Shown: positions 15,652 to 20,000 of the stretch, in pieces | Numbering within the stretch: position 1 is the stretch's first letter | Layout: each line of letters starts with the position of its first letter | Source: an uncultured virus (IMG/VR IMGVR_UViG_3300047673_000352) | Lineage: Duplodnaviria > Heunggongvirae > Uroviricota > Caudoviricetes | Length of the DNA stretch: 20,000 bases | Virus record (IMG/VR): IMGVR_UViG_3300047673_000352 | Strand: one strand, 5' to 3' | Program-made: the position numbers and the translations under genes | The notes under the pieces: model-generated | Database searches by the model: none | Seen by the model: the letters and a program-made list of their open reading frames with translations, nothing else | What the model was told of the DNA's origin: nothing

Positions 15652-16343
15652 AACATCCGCAGCACATTCTCGCATTCGACAAAAAGGCATTCGGCATCGA
15701 CGGCCTGGAAGGGCTGATCAAGCTCCCAGCCAAGGCATTTTTCGAAGCTGCCGGCAACTCTCTGTTCATCGGGCGTCGCGAGGAACTGGAGAAGGATGAA
15801 CGCTTCGGCCAGGCGCTGCCGTACATCGTCTTGTACCGGAAAGCCAGCGCTCTCCAGACCTCGCCGCGCGTCTTCGTCTACCAGCGCACCAAGAAGGTTG
15901 GCGAGGAACGGCTGGCAGGCAACCTGTCCATTGGCACCGGTGGCCACATGGACCTCGCTGACGTTGTCATGGGCAGTAACAGCATCATCGACATTTTGGC
16001 GACGTTTGCACGCGGCATCGCTCGTGAATTGAACGAAGAGATTGCGTTCAAGCATGCTGAATCGCTGAATAGCCTTTCATTCGATCAGGTTCGCAGCGCC
16101 CATCCGGAGTGCTTTCCCAAGTTCGTCGGAATGATCAACGACACCAGCAATGCGGTCGGTCGCGTGCACTACGGGTGTGTCTTTGCTCTGGAGGTTCCTG
16201 AGAAGTACGTGCCGCTGTGCAAGGAAGAGGAACTGACGACAATCGGTATGGCACTGCCGTCCGAAGTGCTCGCACGCGGCGAGGGCGCACTCGAAAACTG
16301 GAGTCAGCTGCTGTTGAGCGACTTCGGCTTCATTACCGAATAA
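15648..16343 (+). CDS. NUDIX-family phosphoesterase (COG4112/YmaB-like)
   Basis: 'RREELEKDE.F.Q.LPY', 'YQR....GE.RL.G.LSIG.GGH', Nudix box RELNEE, 'INDTSNAVGRVH.G', 'LENWS'. Confidence 0.85.
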   Translation: MKHPQHILAFDKKAFGIDGLEGLIKLPAKAFFEAAGNSLFIGRREELEKDERFGQALPYIVLYRKASALQTSPRVFVYQRTKKVGEERLAGNLSIGTGGHMDLADVVMGSNSIIDILATFARGIARELNEEIAFKHAESLNSLSFDQVRSAHPECFPKFVGMINDTSNAVGRVHYGCVFALEVPEKYVPLCKEEELTTIGMALPSEVLARGEGALENWSQLLLSDFGFITE

Positions 16344-16366
16344 CTTCACCGGAACGCAGTATATTT
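16341..16366 (+). promoter_or_regulatory. candidate phage promoter motif, copy 2
   Basis: TAACTTCACCGGAACGCAGTATATTT; 20/26 identical to 12455-12480; -10-like TATATT. Confidence 0.45.
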
Positions 16367-16390
16367 GAGGCTCAAGTTTGGGCCTCTTTT
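16367..16390 (+). terminator. terminator-like hairpin
   Basis: GAGGCTCA-agtt-TGGGCCTC followed by TTTT. Confidence 0.6.
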
Positions 16391-16409
16391 CACATCTAAG
16401 GACACAAAA

Positions 16410-17333
16410 ATGGCAATTCTAAAGCCGATGAAGGGCGATGACTATGTTGAATCAGAACTACGCTTCCCGTACGTCGCGAGCTACAAACTGGACGGCTATC
16501 GCGCATTCCACGAGGACGGCAAAATTCTGACCAGCAGCGCGAATCCGGTGACCAACGCCCATACCCAAGAACTCTTCCAGAACCGCACGCTGGCTGGTGC
16601 TCCGTTCCTGGACTTCACCGGTCTGGATGGCGAGTTGGTTGTTGGTGCTTGGAACGATCCGCGCGCCTTCCACAACACGTCCGGTCCCGTACGCAAGAAG
16701 AAGGGCGAGCCTGACGTGCGTTGGTACATCTTCGATGACCGGACGTATCCTGGCAACGCATTTCTTCATCGCTCTCAGGACGCGTGTCGCCGCGTCGAAG
16801 AAATGCATGCGCGCGGCTTCGACCGAATCGACTATTTGCCTCAACGCTTGGTCATGAATCTGGCGGAGATGCTTGCCTTCGAGAAGGAAGCGGTTGATGC
16901 CGGTTTCGAAGGTATCATGCTGCGCGATCCGAACGGACGATACAAGTTTGGACGAAGCACAGTGAAGGAAAACTTGCTGCTGAAGGTCAAGCGCTTTATC
17001 ACCGAAGAGGCGCGCATCACCGGCATCATCGAGCAGATGGAGAACCTGAACGAAGCTGACGTTGATAACTTCGGGCGCTCCAAGCGCAGCGAGAACAAGG
17101 ACAATATGATTGGAACCGGAATGGCCGGTGCATTCACGGTAGAATCGGAGAAGTGGCCGCGACCGTTCCAGATTAGCGCAACGTCACTAACTCACGAAGA
17201 GCGCAAGCAAGTCTGGGAGAACCAAGGCGACTACCTGAACGAACTCGCGCGGTACAAGTACTTTCCGCACGGAGTAGTTGATGTGCCGCGCCACGGTATT
17301 TTTGAAGCGCTTCGTGATCCGAACGATCTGTGA
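16410..17333 (+). CDS. lig: ATP-dependent DNA ligase
   Basis: Motif I KLDGYR, III LDGEL, IIIa YIFD, IV EGIMLR, V LLKVK, VI-like VPRHG; start MAILKPM at 16410 with AAGGA SD. Confidence 0.95.
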   Translation: MAILKPMKGDDYVESELRFPYVASYKLDGYRAFHEDGKILTSSANPVTNAHTQELFQNRTLAGAPFLDFTGLDGELVVGAWNDPRAFHNTSGPVRKKKGEPDVRWYIFDDRTYPGNAFLHRSQDACRRVEEMHARGFDRIDYLPQRLVMNLAEMLAFEKEAVDAGFEGIMLRDPNGRYKFGRSTVKENLLLKVKRFITEEARITGIIEQMENLNEADVDNFGRSKRSENKDNMIGTGMAGAFTVESEKWPRPFQISATSLTHEERKQVWENQGDYLNELARYKYFPHGVVDVPRHGIFEALRDPNDL

Positions 17334-17340
17334 TATGTGG

Positions 17341-17376
17341 TTTTAGAGGCGGACGAGTATCCATCCGCCTCTTTGT
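17341..17376. terminator. hairpin/probable terminator after the ligase
   Basis: AGAGGCGGA-N10-TCCGCCTCT followed by TTGT. Confidence 0.6.
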
Positions 17377-17413
17377 ACGAGTGTATAAATACGCCTTGAA
17401 AGGAGGGCTTTCT

Positions 17414-17545
17414 GTGTTACGGTACGTCAAACCTCATTATTTGTTAGCAGTCCTCTGCATCGCGGCTTTCCTGGGCGGTTGCGCGCAAGGTAAGCTCAAC
17501 GCCAAGCCATTCGAGTGCAAACCATGTTTAACGGCTTCAAAGTAA
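17414..17545 (+). CDS. 43-aa lipoprotein
   Basis: GTG at 17414 with AAGGAGG SD; MLRYVKPHYLLAVLCIAAFLGG|CAQGKLNAKPFECKPCLTASK, lipobox LGGC. The track's 17330 start runs through a terminator hairpin. Confidence 0.7.
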   Translation: MLRYVKPHYLLAVLCIAAFLGGCAQGKLNAKPFECKPCLTASK

Positions 17546-17552
17546 TCCGCCA

Positions 17553-17598
17553 GAAAAGACAAGGCCCACAGTTCGATCCTGAACTTGTGGGCCTTGTC
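17553..17598 (-). terminator. terminator at the convergence of the two arms
   Basis: 13-bp perfect inverted repeat GACAAGGCCCACA/TGTGGGCCTTGTC (17558-17598), followed by TTTTCT on the - strand, downstream of the endolysin. Confidence 0.8.
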
Positions 17599-17680
17599 GC
17601 TTCGTTGGTGATGAAGATCATCGGCCAGACGGTAAAGGGACGCTTGCTCCGTGCCGCTCTGGCGGGCGGCGTTGCGGCTA

Positions 17681-18403
17681 CTACGGCTTATCTTGATCCG
17701 TCACAGCTGCCGTCGTTTTCTTCGGAGTCGGAGCAGGCTTCACCACCAGCGCCTGTGCCAGAGGCAGCGCCGCTTCGTACAGTTTGCGACGCAAGTCACC
17801 TTGATTGGCCGCGCACGGACCTTGGCCGTTGACGGCTTTTACCGTGTCGTCAAAGCTCTTTGCCGAGCAAGCCAGGGCGTTACTCAGCGTCGTATAGAAG
17901 AATGCTGCCGACATCGCGCCTTGCTGCGGCTCTTGCAAAACTGCAGGGTCCGAAGTCAGCGGAAGTCCGACCGCCGCAAAGAACTTCAGAATGTTGTCGT
18001 GACCGGTCAGCTGGATCGGACCTTGGCCGCGATACTTCCAACCATCCCCGCTCGATTCCGGCCCGTTCCCCATCCGATTTGCGTACACGTTGTTGGCGAT
18101 GACGACCGGCTGGCGCTCGATCATGTACGCAGTCGCGTTCGGGATTTTGTGGCTGACGTGCGGGTCCACAGCGTAACGGTTCGGCCAGGTATTTGCGAGG
18201 CCGGTCGCGCTGTAGTTCAGGTTCTCCACGAGGACGCGCAAGCTGGACGATTCAACGCCCACGTTTGCGAGGAATGATGCGACGCCTTCTGGCGTGTCGA
18301 TTCCGAACTTATCGCACGCTGCCTGCATCGGAGCGAGCCAGGTGCCAGCGTCCGTCGAAGAGCAACCGGTGCCCGCCATCAAGAGTGCTGAAGTCAGTTT
18401 CAT
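17681..18403 (-). CDS. endolysin, glycoside hydrolase family 19 (chitinase-like)
   Basis: 'ASFLANVGVES..L..L.ENLNYSA', 'YANRMGN', 'GDGWKYRGQGPIQLTG..N', 'SAAFF', 'TVKAVNG'; AAGGAG SD; Pro/Ala/Lys-rich C-tail. Confidence 0.92.
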   Translation of the reverse strand: MKLTSALLMAGTGCSSTDAGTWLAPMQAACDKFGIDTPEGVASFLANVGVESSSLRVLVENLNYSATGLANTWPNRYAVDPHVSHKIPNATAYMIERQPVVIANNVYANRMGNGPESSGDGWKYRGQGPIQLTGHDNILKFFAAVGLPLTSDPAVLQEPQQGAMSAAFFYTTLSNALACSAKSFDDTVKAVNGQGPCAANQGDLRRKLYEAALPLAQALVVKPAPTPKKTTAAVTDQDKP

Positions 18404-18413
18404 TTAGTTCTCC

Positions 18414-19742
18414 TTATGCGCCGGTGTACATGACGTAGCACAACGCGTAGTAGGGCGGCAGGATCGAAAATGCCGAGCCGCTGCCGGTGTTGGTGGTCGA
18501 TGCGGTGATGCCGGTCGCCGCGCCGTTGATGCCGATGCCGATTGTGGCCGAATTCATTGTGATGCCGGTCGCGTTGCCATAGATTCCGATGCCGGTGCCT
18601 GACGCGTTCACGCCGCTAGAAACAGCGGTGTTCGGCGTGCCAGTTGCGGAAACTGCAGAGCCGGGAATGTTGGTGAAGTACGCCGATGCCGTGCTATGCG
18701 AGTGCCCAGGATCGTAGATGTTGTGCGCGTGCCCAGGATCATTCAATCCGTGACTGTGCGGCGACTGGCTTACTCCGTGGGCGTGACCAGGGTCTGTGAT
18801 CGTGACGCCGTGGTTGTGCGCCGGAAGGTTGGCGGTCGCGAGGGCCGCAGTCGTCGCGCCACCGGTTGCTCCGTTCGCGTACGTGTTTCCAGCGCCGATG
18901 ATGAACTTGTCCTGGAGGTTCGGCGTTCCCAGCGTTCCGTCGCACAAATGCCAGCCCGGTCCCCACGCGGCAGTCACAGCAGCTTGCGTCGCCGTACCGC
19001 TCCACATGCGAACTTCGCCCACCACGAACTGCGTCGCGTTCGCCCAGATTTTCCAAGCGGTCCAGCTGCCGTTCGTCGCGCCGCGCATGAATCCAAGGCC
19101 ATTGCGGTCGCGATAGAACTGCGTGACGTACGTCGAGCCACCTTGCGTCCAGTTCGTCACTTCCAGCATGCCCGCGCCACCTACGTTTCCGCCGTTGGTC
19201 GGAAGGTGCGGCGATCCGGAAACAATAGTGTCCGTGGCAAACTGGAACGTGCCGGCAGTCGTGAACGTGTTGAAGTCGGTCGCGGCTGTGACCAGCATCG
19301 CATTCGGGCCACCAGCGCCGCCGCTGGGCATCGGGATGTTCTTGATCATCTCGCCCGAACCCTGGATATATTCCCAGGTCGAGCTTGAAGACGGGTTGGA
19401 TACGTTCGCGCTGGCCAGGGAGCGGTACGGAATCGGGTTGCCGCTGCCGTCCGGTACGATCACCTCAGCGCCCTTGCCGTATCCACCAGGCATGCCACTA
19501 TACCAAGGCGGTCGGTTGTTGTTTTGCCAGTACATCATCCCGTTGGTCAGGACGTTGAACAGGTAGTTCTGGATGCCGCGCTCAACGGCCTTCGCGGACG
19601 GGTCGCCAGATGCCAGATTTATTTCATAATCCGGCGTGTAACCAGTCGAGAAGTTTACAAAGCCATTCGGATCGGTCGGCGGAACCACGGACTGGTCGCC
19701 GGCATTTGCGAACGGAGTTGTAATGAGCGGTGGATTCGCCAT
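18414..19742 (-). CDS. tail fibre protein
   Basis: N-terminal baseplate anchor (TPFANAGD...GYTPDYE), knob-like middle domain, tail-collar motif (GEVRMW...GWHLCDG..GTPNLQDKFIIG), repeated HxH/DPGHxH needle, C-terminal PPYYALCYVM. Confidence 0.92.
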   Translation of the reverse strand: MANPPLITTPFANAGDQSVVPPTDPNGFVNFSTGYTPDYEINLASGDPSAKAVERGIQNYLFNVLTNGMMYWQNNNRPPWYSGMPGGYGKGAEVIVPDGSGNPIPYRSLASANVSNPSSSSTWEYIQGSGEMIKNIPMPSGGAGGPNAMLVTAATDFNTFTTAGTFQFATDTIVSGSPHLPTNGGNVGGAGMLEVTNWTQGGSTYVTQFYRDRNGLGFMRGATNGSWTAWKIWANATQFVVGEVRMWSGTATQAAVTAAWGPGWHLCDGTLGTPNLQDKFIIGAGNTYANGATGGATTAALATANLPAHNHGVTITDPGHAHGVSQSPHSHGLNDPGHAHNIYDPGHSHSTASAYFTNIPGSAVSATGTPNTAVSSGVNASGTGIGIYGNATGITMNSATIGIGINGAATGITASTTNTGSGSAFSILPPYYALCYVMYTGA

Positions 19743-19745
19743 TTG

Positions 19746-20000
19746 TTAAGACTCCTGAACGACTTGATAACGAATACCAGCACAAGTAGGCATGATGCCA
19801 TACGATGCCGTATTCAACAGGTTGAGGAACTGAGCGGACAGACCCATATTTGCGCCAATCCGGTACTCCATGCAGTATGGAGTTGTAACAGGCAAGGCAG
19901 CGCCGGGTGGCTTGGTCAGCGTGAACGCGGTCGTCGTGCCGTCGCCGGTCCCGAACTGCTGGGCATTGGCCGTTGCCCAGTACCAACCGCCGCTCCACGT
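19746..20000 (-). CDS. C-terminal part of a baseplate wedge-type protein (starts beyond the window)
   Basis: Open frame from 20000: TWSGGWYWATANAQQFGTGDGTTTAFTL...YRIGANMGLSAQFLNLLN...GIMPTCAGIRYQVVQES*; the stop lies 3 nt before the tail fibre ATG. Function is inferred from position in a myophage tail operon. Confidence 0.7.
   Translation of the reverse strand, partial: TWSGGWYWATANAQQFGTGDGTTTAFTLTKPPGAALPVTTPYCMEYRIGANMGLSAQFLNLLNTASYGIMPTCAGIRYQVVQES

Noticed and set aside
17515..18277. + strand ORFs 17515-17832 and 17651-18277
   Set aside because: The first runs through the convergent terminator, both lie antisense to the endolysin, and neither has a convincing SD.
18480..18800. Short repeats (GATGCCG, GTGCCCAGGATC) suggestive of an array or a DGR variable region
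   Set aside because: Explained by TGI and DPGH peptide repeats of the tail fibre; no regular spacers, template repeat or reverse transcriptase in the window.
19624..19998. 124-aa minus-strand ORF in the track
   Set aside because: Wrong frame; the real gene is the frame ending at 19746, which abuts the tail fibre start.
1..20000. CRISPR array, integrase, IS element, rRNA or tRNA genes
   Set aside because: None visible by manual reading; tRNAscan and CRISPR finders were not run.

Overview
This is a 20-kb segment of a lytic tailed-phage genome, GC-rich and probably infecting a Burkholderiales host (inference). From recall, without a database search, the gene content and order match PB1-like myophages (Pbunavirus/BcepF1-type, Lindbergviridae). 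The + strand (1-17545) carries a nucleotide-metabolism and replication arm: FAD-oxidoreductase-like C-terminus, HAD phosphatase, divergent ThyX, outer-membrane beta-barrel, HAD/pyrophosphohydrolase-like fusion, SDR, VOC enzyme, DEDDh exonuclease, DnaE, PD-(D/E)XK nuclease, SNF2 helicase, SSB-like protein, holin plus nested spanins, NUDIX and ATP-dependent ligase. The - strand (17681-20000) carries the end of the structural arm: baseplate, tail fibre and GH19 endolysin. The main lead is a candidate uncharacterised DNA/nucleotide hypermodification pathway, with a ThyX whose catalytic motif is altered clustered with SDR, VOC, FAD, HAD and NUDIX enzymes next to a private Pol III. Other leads are a split lysis cassette, two micro-genes not resolved by the ORF track, a structured RNA upstream of the polymerase genes and a repeated promoter-like motif.
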